The notes below the pieces were generated by a model that worked only from the letters and a program-made list of their open reading frames with translations, ran no database searches and was not told the origin of the DNA. A stretch of 64,000 bases of DNA from Raillietiella orientalis (Eukaryota), in contig JAYWIR010000018.1 of the NCBI GenBank assembly GCA_036172245.1, positions 3,348,001 through 3,412,000 of the forward strand, given 5' to 3'. Of the stretch, positions 1-11,199 are shown piece by piece. Numbering within the stretch: position 1 is the stretch's first letter; every line of letters starts with the position of its first letter. The position numbers and the translations under genes are program-made.

Positions 1-299
1 GCTGCTGAGGAACCAACTGCTGTCTCCAACCCCACCCCACCCCGTTGCACTTGCATCCTCTCACGAGAGCTCGCGGCATCCTTCTTGCGCTCTCCCTGGA
101 GAGTCAAGAGCGCTTGCCATACGGCGGCGATCTTTCTCTGCTAACAGTTTCCCCCCTGACCTTTCTCCCGCGTGATTTAATACTGACCCTTCATGTGTCC
201 GTGGCCCAGGAGATGCGTGATTCCATACTGAAACAAGGGTAATTTCCTACTTCATGATTAAATCTCGAATTTCCTTCGGCATCGAAACCGAAATGATAA

Positions 300-2750
300 T
301 TCAAGGATTGAAGAAAAATTATCTGAGAGGTGCTCAGGAATCGGAGGACGGAATAGACCGGACCTTTCGGGGCTAGGCATTGTCACAAACCTGAAGACGC
401 CGGAAGAGGGGAATGTATTTTCCGCAGCATCCCATATCGGTAAGTGAACGCTCCGTGTTGCAAAAGAGCAGCTGTCCTCATCCCACGCAGCAGCACTACA
501 GTCCGCCGAGCGTCCACTCCAGAGAGCAGGAAAGATTTCATGGTAGTAAGAGATACGTCCTTTTTCGGATGGCTTCTGGGAATTCGTGAACGAACTGGGG
601 TGATCACCGGTGACATGGGTCATCTCATCTGATCAGGAATGAGATCAGATGACCATTCCCATTAGACTCAGGTCTCCTCAATAGGAATACCTGGACAGTT
701 GCTCACACCCCATCCACGTCCAATAGACGATACTCTCCCAGCACCTGGGTGGAACTCGCATACAAGAGGTGTTGTCCTTCCCTGACGGGAGGGAAGGGAT
801 GCGAGGCAAGAAGAGCAATTCTCCCATCTACTTCTACACTCGGATGCGGTTTGCTTGGAATGGAATGCGTGGTCGGGAGTCCTTGCCAGTGCTAGGGACA
901 CCCCTGCTGGACCTCATGGGTTGTATTCCCGCCTGAGATGGACTTCTGTCAAAGGCTATAATCTCGATCCTATGGCACATCCCTAGCATCGATGCGGCTT
1001 TCCTTCCCCTCAATGTTTATAATTTTGTTCATTCATTGTCCCCTTTCCTTTGTGCTCCAGATCTTCGTTACCAGGTCCAGTGCACGATGCGGAGGGACAT
1101 CCACGTTAGATTGCAACATGTGGGTTGCAGACTAAGCATGTTCACTATCAGATGATCGCCCCATCTGGTGTCGCATGGTACTTTATTTAAAACAAATAAA
1201 GAAAATTTTGTAAGTAGGGACTCGTCATGAGCCTTTCGGAAACCAAAAGGACTTTCCCTTAGAGAGCTAGAAAGCAATGAAGGGGCTTTTATTTTTCATC
1301 TGATCACACTGATGAATCAGGTTCTCCACCTCGAGGTCGGTTCATCTCTTTTCCTATTTTATTAACTGGTACTTCTCTTACCCCATACTCTTCCCCTCAC
1401 TCTATTCATATCCCCAGAGAGCTTCAAACCCTTCGTTTTGAATAGATACAAGCCGGACCTTTCCATGAGAAGTTTCCTTTGATCTGTTGTTTGCTCGAAA
1501 AAAGTGTCCCGGAACTCTGGATGGAGAGGATCTCAAGAGCCCAAAGCAACACTGCCATGTCATCGTATGCGCCTAGTGTTGGCTCAGCACCTCGGAATAA
1601 CCCCTCCGGGTCGAGCACGGCTTGCAGAGGGAGGAGAACCGCATCACGGGGTGCAGCGAGGAGAAGGAACGCATCTTTCCCGTTCCTGGGAAGCTCGTTG
1701 TCCCGTCCTGGTCAAGAGTTCATCTCACCGCATGCAACAGTTGCACTGCCGAGTTCTAAAAACTTTATCTACTGCTACTTTCCTGTTGAAGGCCCCATCA
1801 ATTCTACTCACACGCAGCTCCTTAACGGCAGATGAAAGGAACTTCACTCTCTATTGGCACGAATGACTCCCGTGCAGGAATGGCAATAATGAAGTCGCTT
1901 CCAGATAAATGGAAGTGTGCCCAACTCGCAGAAACAATATTTGCTTAACCTTCGAACGGTGTACTCAGATAAAGGGTTCTCTGGAGACGAGGGAAGAGCA
2001 AAAATAAATATCAATATATTAAGTGATCTGTGGTCCCTTGTAGCCTCTGCAACTCCATCTGCATGACAATCATCAGGGAAGAAGCAGCGCGAGTCGACAT
2101 GATGATCGTGGTCAGTTAAGACGGAGGTAACTGAGCACATCAGTGCCGCGGACACCGCCTGAAAAGCTTCCCTTGCATTTCCAACTTCCAGTGATTGTCA
2201 AGCTTCATTGCTTGAAGCAAGGAACCATCGTTCTTGAAGATTAACCCCGAGATAGCAGATAAACACCCCCTTCCTTTCCCCAGAAGGGGGGACATGGCGG
2301 TCTTGTCTTGCTAAGAGGCAAGTAATCCGGCGTATAATGGACGGTGGGAGGAAAACCGAGTCTCTTTGCTCGTACGAAATCTTTAGTTAGGATCGGAGGC
2401 AGAGGTGGACTCTGAGAAAGAGACATTTTCGAACCGTTCCAAAGTTCCTAGCAACAAGAACGAGCCGCGCGAATCTTGTGGAGCGATTTCGGAAAAACTG
2501 GGAAAACAGGCAAATTTCGGGGGTTTTCCTCGTTGGCAATTCTGCATTCTGCCAGTCGATCGTATTCATTTTCAGACGGGCATTGATGGAAGCAGAGGAG
2601 AAAAAACCCTGCTACCATACTCAAGAAGACAGCGAGTCAGCGATGAGTCTGCAATGAGTCAGCGAGATGCTTCTCATATTCTACTCGGGGTCTTATCTTC
2701 TTGTCACAAAAACGAGTTCCCCATATCATGTACTATGCACACACATGTGA
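300..2750 (+). mobile_element. Decayed, internally deleted non-LTR retrotransposon (copy A): APE-like remnant, RT remnant, C-terminal CCHC region
   Basis: ORF 444-632 has KRAAVLIP...VITGDMG, resembling the APE GVAILI and IxGDFN motifs. LSRPGQEF..NFI (~1690-1770) and NGSVPN (~1905-1925) resemble RT domains 2-3. RDASHILL (~2660-2685) resembles the ETxxHIL part of the CCHC. 2555-2630 is homologous to 3434-3506 on the opposite strand. Many stops and frameshifts. Confidence 0.6.
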
Positions 2751-2999
2751 TGACGACAGCGATGACCAGGAATGTAGAAGTGCAGAGTCTGAGAAGATTC
2801 TTCAATTAGTTTCCGTCCGTGAAGGGACACGACGTGTTAGCTGCCCTGGGACGAGATGCCTTAAGCAGTCAAATGACTTGGATGATCAAGTCAGTGGCGA
2901 CAAGCTGTGAGGAAGGGCGCACGCAAAAAAGCAAAAAAAATATATATATAAGACCAGGGCGTTGTGCAGACTGATTAACAGGACAAAAGGATACGCCTC

Positions 3000-5900
3000 C
3001 TCATCTGATCAATTTTACGAAAAGCATGATGGAGGGATTTGCTTCGTGTCAAGCTAGAACTTCCCTTTGGAAGGCTTTGGAATCGGCGATTCTTCGTAAT
3101 AAGCCATGGCACTGCTTCGGCGGTTTATCCGATGGAACTCTTGAACCTAGACTGTACTCTGGAAATCTTCCAGATGCTCCTGTGGGTTCCCAGGATGTCC
3201 GCGGCCTACGCTACCTTTTCGAAAAACTTCTTCGTCTTCTTTTTCATTTCGGAAGACGGAAAATAAACAAATGATCTTCGATGAGCCTTCCCGAAGGTTG
3301 CTGCTATGCTCCCGAATAGCATGACTTTTCAAGTATAATAATGAAATGGTTCCTTTTTCTTAGACCGATCCATGAGAGGCGTCCCGTGGTTGCCGACTAG
3401 GATATCCTCCTTGGTCCATGACTCATTGCATGCCTTCTTGAGTATGCTGTGGGGTTTTTTCCCCACTGCCTCCATCAATGCCCGTCTGAGAATGAACACG
3501 GTCGACTTGCATCTGAGGTATGAGACAGTATTTCGCCTCATTTCTAGCGAGATCTAATCCCCATCTATTCTTCTGCTGGTGCTCGGGCAGAGAGGAGATT
3601 AAGGTGTGCGGCGACCGTCTTAATCTCTTGTCTGTCCGAGTAAAGCGTATCAGGAGAAGATTACATGTTCGTGCGCACTTTTCTTTGACTAAAAGAGGAG
3701 CAAAAACAAATCTATTAGCCGAGTTGACGGACCACACCTTGGCGGAGGTGAAATGCCCTGAAATCAAGATGTACGGACTTTATGAGCTTCGTTCTTATAG
3801 ATATAGTTCTTATAGTGTCAAATTTCAAAAAAATATGGCACTAAAAAGTTCATCTCTTATTCAAAGTTCCCTTTTTCACCTGTTGGACCTCCGATTCTCC
3901 TACCACGTGGGTCAGAGATTTTTGCTCCCTTTTTTGCATCTCTGACGCACGATTTCAAACTGGAAGATGTTGGTGGATATCTAAGAGCCTTGTCCCAAAG
4001 ACACGACCTGTTATCGTGTTTGAAACTCTCAGTGACGTTCATCCGCGGGCATGAGCTACTCATTTCAAACTCTCTCACTATCTGTCAGAAATGACTCATA
4101 TGAAGTTTTCAGTGCAGCTGCTTTTGTCAGTTGCCTGGTAAACTAGCAAAAATTGAAAGCGCACTGTAAATGCGTCTCTAAACATGCAAGCTGCAATCTT
4201 TGGAGGACCTCTTCTGTGCTCATCACAGCCTGTTTCGGAGTCAGCGCTATTAACGAAAGTGGTTTGTGGAAACAGTGCAGTCATCCACACTTAGAGGATC
4301 CAAGGGAAGCTTTCCTACTAGTGTCCCAGGGATAGCTCAGGGTCGATCTTCGTGTGGTTGCGAACAATTTGAGGCAGCTTCACTTAGCATATGTCAATTA
4401 GCATTCCTGCCATCAGAAAGTGCCAGATGTTTGGGAATTCATATCACTGCTCGGTAAATCCTTCTAAGGATTGTTTTACAAGCAGACATCCTGCACAGAT
4501 GTTCACACAACCTTGAAATAAGCATCTTCACCTGCTTTCTTACAAAGTATCATAAGTGCTGAAACGAAGAAAGGCGTCCAGCGTATCCACCTACCCCACT
4601 GGTTTAAACACCTCACTGAAGGACAGAAGAGGAATATTGTCTCCAGGCATTCAATGAGACATTTTCTCAGTATAACGAGGTTTTAGATTTGGCTGTGTCC
4701 AAGAACCAAATGAACTTCATTTTGTTGAAGTATATGAGATGCATATAATGCTGAAATACCATAGCTATATGAAGTATCAGGCTAAGGTTACTATAGGCTG
4801 GTGCCTCATGAGGAGGAATCAATCCCTGTAAGCTTCAAGGATGTTATTGCGAAGTGACTATTCATCTCTTTACTGTCCATTCAAACCAAAAGAAAATTAA
4901 AAGGTACTGCTTCTCGAAGTGCAGTGGTACTGAACCTATATCTAGAACCTCCTCGATACCAATGGGAAATTTCTTTAAGTATGGGATGAAGTTCGAAAAA
5001 ATTTTCGGCCACCTAGACAGCGCAATTTTGCATTTCCGAAATGTTGATGGCCATAGTGAGCTTCCACTAGATAACGATAGCTCATTATAGAGTTTTGGTA
5101 GCTCTAGGGATTGTAGATACTAGGAAAACCAGCAACACCTATGGTTCACAATGAACTGAAAAGTTCCTTCTGCATGGTAATAGCATGATAAAAGAGGATG
5201 CAAGTAATGACTGTAAGATAACACTCGCATCACTTGCACTTATCTATTTTCCCACTTTTCTGTCACGTAGCACTTGTACACTAGTGGCTGCTCTTGAATT
5301 CTTACGAGTCACCTCTCTGCAAAAATTATCAAAGGATGAAGCACTTGGTTTTGTGAGGATAGGAGAAACCATTCTTAGTGCAGAGTGAGGGTCACTTTTC
5401 CATGGCCTACCCACAACCGAATTTCTTGGATTCTCCAGAAAGATCCTGCCAAAGAGTTCCGTTCTCCGCATCACTTTCATACGCGGGGTGGCACTCTGAG
5501 TGGGGGGCACGCCACATGCACTGGCGATGCAGAATTGAGAAGCGGAAGGAAATAAGCGCAAACAACGAATGCCGGAATGTCTTGAGCCTGGTTTCTAAGA
5601 AACGAGGCTGGAAAAAGTCCCTTTTGTCCGTATGCTGGAAAAAAAAAAAAAAAAAGGAAAACATCAAAAAGTCTTGATGGTTTCCCTGTTGAGAATCTCG
5701 GCGTCTTCAGAAAAGAACTTCAAAAGCATGTGCTGCAGATGCTACAGGCTACGTCGCATTCGATAAGCAGGGTAGAGAACGGGAAATGCAGCCCACATTG
5801 CAAGAACATTCAGTGAAGATGAAGAATATTTTTGTCTATATTTGCTTCCCTAATGCGGTCTGCGGCAAGAGTTTGCGGAAAGATAGCTGCTAATAAAAGA

Positions 5901-8900
5901 CGTAATAGTAAAAGCCAATGGGCTGCCTCCCTCTGAGAATCAAAAGAGAAGAATTGTCTGAAGCAAAGGATGCACACAACTGCACTCCATTATTTTAAGA
6001 ATAATCTCTTGAATGCATCTAACCTTGAGCATTCCAACAAGCCCTAAGAAAGCTCGATCGAAAATAACATGATGAGGAAAGTTTTAATCATTTCGGGAGC
6101 AGCATGGGAGCAACAAGTAGAGGAGGATTGCCCGAAAATGCTTCAAACCCTGTTCAGCTTTTCATGATAACGGAAATCACGTTACGGAATTCTTTTCTTT
6201 TCACTTGGCTATGGCTTCTAGAATCTTCAAGTTTCTGGGTATTTCAAGCTGAGAAAAGCTCAAGACCCAGGCTCCCTCATCTGCCACCTTCCTTAGTCTA
6301 CACCATCAGAAGATATCCATCTCGATGTGCATAGAGATACCCTTGAGGAATTCCCCAGAGAAGACATTAAGTGCACTCACAGTGATGAAGTGGGGACACT
6401 TTCAACACGTGCTTTTTGAATGAGTGAGACTGCGTCAGGGATTAAGCGCATCGTCGAAGCCCTTCGTTTCCCCGATGCTGTCCTGCGGGACTTGTGCAAA
6501 GCCATGTTAACTTGTTCAAGCTTAAGGGTTGTCTTGTCGCTAGACACTGTCTTGGATGTGAGAGGAACAGTGACCACCAAGATGCAAGAGTGTAGCCATC
6601 GTTACGGAGAGCTGTTTGCGATCTCCATCGCCTACATGTCCAGAGAAACGAACTCGATCAGGATGAAATATTTATTCTAAAGAACAAACAAGTTGGGAAC
6701 GCGGCTCCCAGCGGAGACCAGAAGTCTCAGGTAAGGGTCCACCGACACCCGGGCAGGTCACTCTAAAAGTCCGGATCGGTTGCGGACAACAGATAAATGG
6801 CAAAAAGGACAGGAGGGCAGGGACAGGATTAGTATTTGGCATCGCCGTTTCTCCTTCAAAAACCGGGAAAGCGGGTGAGATGAGACAGGATTTTTTGGCT
6901 TCGGTCGTCCCTTCGTTCTAGAACCGGCGTAGAATGCTGGCGATCCCATCCTGAACTTCAGATGGAGCCACGGCTGCTACCGTTCTCGTGTAGGCGGCTG
7001 TCATGCGGGTGACCTCTCTTCTCTGAGCTCGCGGTCTGCAAGACCAGGCAGGCCGAGACGACGGCGTGGACCCAACAGATCGTCGCGATCACTACGTCTA
7101 TTGAGAGTCCTCCGTGCATGCAGATTGTCGCAACAGATCACGAGCCCCTGTGCAGGAGAGCTGAATGCAGCCTCCTCCGCAGTTCTTGGAAGGCATCACA
7201 GTCGAAAAGCAGGTGCGGGATCCATTCCACCGAATCGCAACTTCTCTGGAAACAAGGTGAGGAGCTGGTTGCACTGGAAATCCCAGTGCAAAAACAGCAG
7301 CACAGCTGTTCTCACCACAATGGGAACACCGACTTGTCCGGGCATAAAAAGGAGGGACTATCATTTCTTCGAGGATAACATTGAGAAGTTCTCACGACCG
7401 CGTAGTCCCTTTTCTTGGGAACGAGGAGTGACGGCATCCACCAGCTCGCTCGCCATCCAGCCACCCAGTTTGGCCTCTCTTGAAATGGTGCAGGAGAACT
7501 CTCACCACGCTAGTAGGCAACCACTCATTTTAAAGATAAACTCAAAATCTCTACCTTATTCTAATTACCAGTACTTCACATAAGGCCATTACTATGTTCC
7601 ACTCATAGACTATAGAAAATCTTTGCTTGTCCATTAGACAGACAGCGCTGCGGAATGTGACGTAGTGTGACGTCCAGACACTTCGTCGCATCCTGCAGCA
7701 CTTCTTTCAAGGATTGCTCAGGAGAAGTCTCAAGGGGCGAAGTATTTCTGGGTGCATTTCTTGGTCTGCAGCCTGAGATACAATCTCTTCCTGCCTCCAG
7801 GCATTAAAGTTCATTAAGTGGCAGGCGATCTATTGATGGACTTTTAATAGCGAGGCCAGTTGCCTCTGTGGGAAGCCGAAACCCTGTATCCTGAAGCGAA
7901 ATCGCGGCAGCAACGATGAAAGTTCTTCGTTGCCGGTGCATCGCCGAAGACGTGCAGGAGTACACCATGGGGAAGTTCATAATTTAGCACAGAGGGCCAG
8001 CATTCGAAACTGTACTTGCAACCCGATCTTCTTTATGGTCAGGATGTTTAAGCTGGCATTCTGACGCCGAGTCCTTGAGGAGGATCCTGTATCTCGCAGG
8101 TTCTTGCAAAGCTTTCCGCAACAGGCATTGCTATCGAAACTTGGCCGAGTAAGGTGGTGGACAAACAAAAAGAAAGGGGCAGAAGAGGAACAACGAAGGT
8201 GTTCCGGTGATCTTCTCCGACAGGAAGACAAGAACTTGCCATAGAGGAACAAGTCAAGGGCCATCGTGACCTTTTAAAGGTCAATGAAAATCTCCCAATT
8301 AGGGATATGAGGTGTAGGCGAATCTTTAAACGATTGTGAGCAAACTGATCTTAAACCAGTGAATGCACCCTCCTCTGTCCGATGCAGATCCTCGGAAATC
8401 AGATTCATTATTGTCAGACCGGTCTATCTCATTCTCTATTTACTTACTGGCCCTCTGCCCTTTCCATCTATGCCTTCCTTGTTCTGCCCCCAATGAGGTT
8501 AGACCCCTCCGTTTCTGCACTGCACATGTCGGTCCTTCTGCAAGTGCAAATGAATAAATCATTCATTTATTTTGAATAAGTGACCTGAAATTCCAAGAAG
8601 AGAAGAATGTGCCTTTTCGGATGGGTGTGCAGTTCAAGGTATGCATCCACTGAGAAATCGTAGGAACGTTCTGCAAATGCTGTTGGAACACTCCAAAGTC
8701 TCAATAAGGAAAGGAAATGCACCGCACTCCAGCTTCGCAATAATAATTCCATGTTTCCAGGAAAATGAGTACATCTTCAGGCTTACCAGCTACCTCCTTG
8801 CTGACGATCCCCCTCATGTGCTAGTTAATGTCATGCGATCTTTTGCAGTGGAAGGGTGTGGCCATTCCAACCACCATTGCATCTTTATGAGTGCGAGATG

Positions 8901-9050
8901 AGCAAATGTGAACAACCCAGTAGTCAGCAATGATGGCGCTTGAATTTTTCTTCCATCCCTGCCTGATGCAGACTCTACGATGGGTTCCCCCGATGTCAGA
9001 GCCACGAAATTGAGAAAGGTACTCGTGACACCTGGTCAAGAAGAGAGAAA
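3000..9050 (-). mobile_element. Decayed NeSL/Utopia-like non-LTR retrotransposon (copy B): APE-like, Ulp1-like, RT, CCHC and RLE remnants
   Basis: Minus-strand motifs in order: KDRMTLTST*GG (~8805-8845), HPKRHILL (~8595-8625), KHFRAILL (6120-6143, matching KHFAGILL of copy E), RT remnants ~5600-3600, YLRCKSTVFILRRAL (ORF 3329-3541, cf. YxRFxDWRFIHRARL), RLE-like tail ~3050-3330. Confidence 0.65.
7100..7600 (+). mobile_element. Nested 3' fragment (CCHC plus RLE remnant) inserted in opposite orientation within copy B
   Basis: ORF 7101-7583 has SPCAGELNAASSAVLGRH (CCHC-like), FFEDNIEKFSRPR (cf. FENxxxAFxxAR) and LASLEMVQEN (cf. LGSWxxEN). Confidence 0.45.
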
Positions 9051-9199
9051 AAGAGGTATCTCGGAACATTCTATTGGAATATTACGAGAGCACTGAATTC
9101 CTCAAGAATTCACTCTCTTCTGGATGCTCACTGTCCACAGAACACAAAATGCATTTCGTCTCCAGGAAACGAGGAGTTTCTTTGAAATTTTTGATCTAA

Positions 9200-10050
9200 A
9201 GCTGGGAAATTCCAAGAATACAATTGCGTCAGGGAATGCGCGTGCAGATTGCACTGCCAACGATATGGAAGAGGACCCATACCTATGCCTTCCTTAGAAA
9301 ACCCTGTAGGGCTGTCAGAGGCCCAAGGTCCACCTGAAAGACTTGGTGGCCTCCAAGTAGATGGCCCGAATTCAGTTTGCAGACGTTGGGGACAATGGAG
9401 GTGCTCCGAAAATCAAAAGACTAGTTCCGACTGTGAAATGAGCACCGATGTCTTCCGACATTTCACGTCCTCTGAGTTGCCATCAAGTGCGAATGACCAG
9501 AGTCCCTGCTTCCACAGAGCCGCCATCGGGTGAAAGCTCTCAGTTTTCTCGGTCAATACAGATGGCCTCTCCGCTGAAAGGAAGCGAGTGGATCTTCTGC
9601 CACCAGATGCTCTTCGATGCATGGTGACGGAAAGCAGAGGTCGATGCGTGGGCAAAGCCGGAGCAACAAAACAGAGGGAACAATAAATAAACGAAAAATC
9701 GATAATAGCAGGGTGAAGAGACACCGAGGTCAGACCCTTCTTATCCTCAGTCTTGGCACGTTATCTACGCTGTCTTCTCTTGCTTCAGAAGTCAAGTGAG
9801 GCCACTTTCTGCAACAGGCATTGCTATCGGAGCTTGCTATCGCCGTTCTGCATAGCATGCAGATGGCTTGGAAACTGGTCTATCTCCTCCGATAGAGGAG
9901 CTACCTCAAGATGAGCTTCCTTGATGCCAAGAATGCAGCACAAGACAATGACTACAGAGGTCTGGTAAGATTCATTCCGAGAGAAGAGGTCCTTAGAGAA
10001 GTCCTGTCAGATGAAGGGTACTGCCGTCCAGTAAATCTGGTGGGGCGGAC
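9200..10050 (-). mobile_element. Decayed fragment paralogous to the post-APE linker of copy B
   Basis: ctttc(c/t)gcaacaggcattgctatcg occurs at 8112-8136 and 9805-9829 (25 nt, 1 mismatch). The surrounding composition is similar. Confidence 0.4.
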
Positions 10051-10449
10051 AGTTCAGTGCAGTTAGCGAATACTGCTGAGGACTGACGGGAATCTTCAAT
10101 ACGCTTCCATGCATTGATCCCTTTATGTCTGTATGTAGTTTTGAATGTATTCTCTACACGCATCCCGTTCTCTATGGATCTCTATACAGAGACGTACAGA
10201 TATAATTATACACATGCGTTTATGCATACATATATACTCATATGAGGATAGATTATGATTTACGGAAATTGAACGATACTCGGGAATTTTTCAGTAGTAC
10301 AAACAGAGTATGCATAAAGAGAAGGAATATGTACAGTATGTCTACTGCGTTTCAGTCTCGAAAACGATGTGTTCAACTTGCCATTTGATTCGGGTTTGTG
10401 TGCTACACCAACATGCATTAGAGAGGAAGCTCTAAAGAATTTTTATAGA

Positions 10450-10950
10450 CTTCGCAGCTGACCCAGTGATGATGCAGCAGCGACTCCTTTCAGTTTCTTG
10501 TGGCAGTAGGTCTGCACCGTCGATCTGTATCTTCTCTGGAGATGGCTGGAAAAGACTCCAGATGCTGGCGCACTGGTGCAGTTCCTGCAATGGGACAGGT
10601 GCTTGGAACCTATCTGGCGAAATGTCAACACTTAGACTCCTAGCAGGTTTGCAACTGAAAATCGTAAGGCCGTGAGCCCTGGCCTGGTGGTTGATGAGTC
10701 CAGCATGGGGACTGACGCAAGTAGGGGCGTGGCATAAAGGACATCTTACAGGATGACCCTTACGAGCTCTTGGAAGTTGAGCTCCTAGAACTACATCGTG
10801 GCTCGACGAAACCTCATGCCGTCAAAGGAAGCATAAGACAGTGGATCCCATCTTGCAAATGGCTCTCCAAGACGCTGGTCTTGAGATCTCAGGGCACAAC
10901 ACTGATGTTTGCCTCGTTAGATGACTCCATAGGAGAGTTCCGTACCTCCT
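10450..10950 (+). mobile_element. One or two decayed RLE C-terminal fragments
   Basis: GTGAWNLSGEMSTLRLLAGL (ORF 10466-10675) and VKGSIRQWIPSCKWL (ORF 10770-10952) resemble the VGALGSWxPxNxxxLxxLG end of the RLE. Both sides carry (RY)n low-complexity tracts. Confidence 0.4.
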
Positions 10951-11199
10951 AGACTGCATGCTGGTCGACACAAATAAGCTCCCATCATCAGATCTGTATA
11001 CTTCTGGGGTTTGATTTGCACTGGTCTTGGCAATGACTGAGGTGCACGCGAATATGTACATCCGCGTGCGTGCATACGTGTCCTAGAGAGCAATTATGTG
11101 TTCATTACTTCCCTATGTATAGATTGTCTCTGAAAAAAACTGAGTTCGTTTCCATAGTGACCTCCCTTCTTCTAGCATTGCAAAGAGACTATTGTAGTC

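Noticed and set aside
2555..3506. Inverted repeat as terminal inverted repeats of a DNA transposon or MITE
   Set aside because: Both arms translate to the same retrotransposon pre-CCHC motif, and there is no TSD or transposase.
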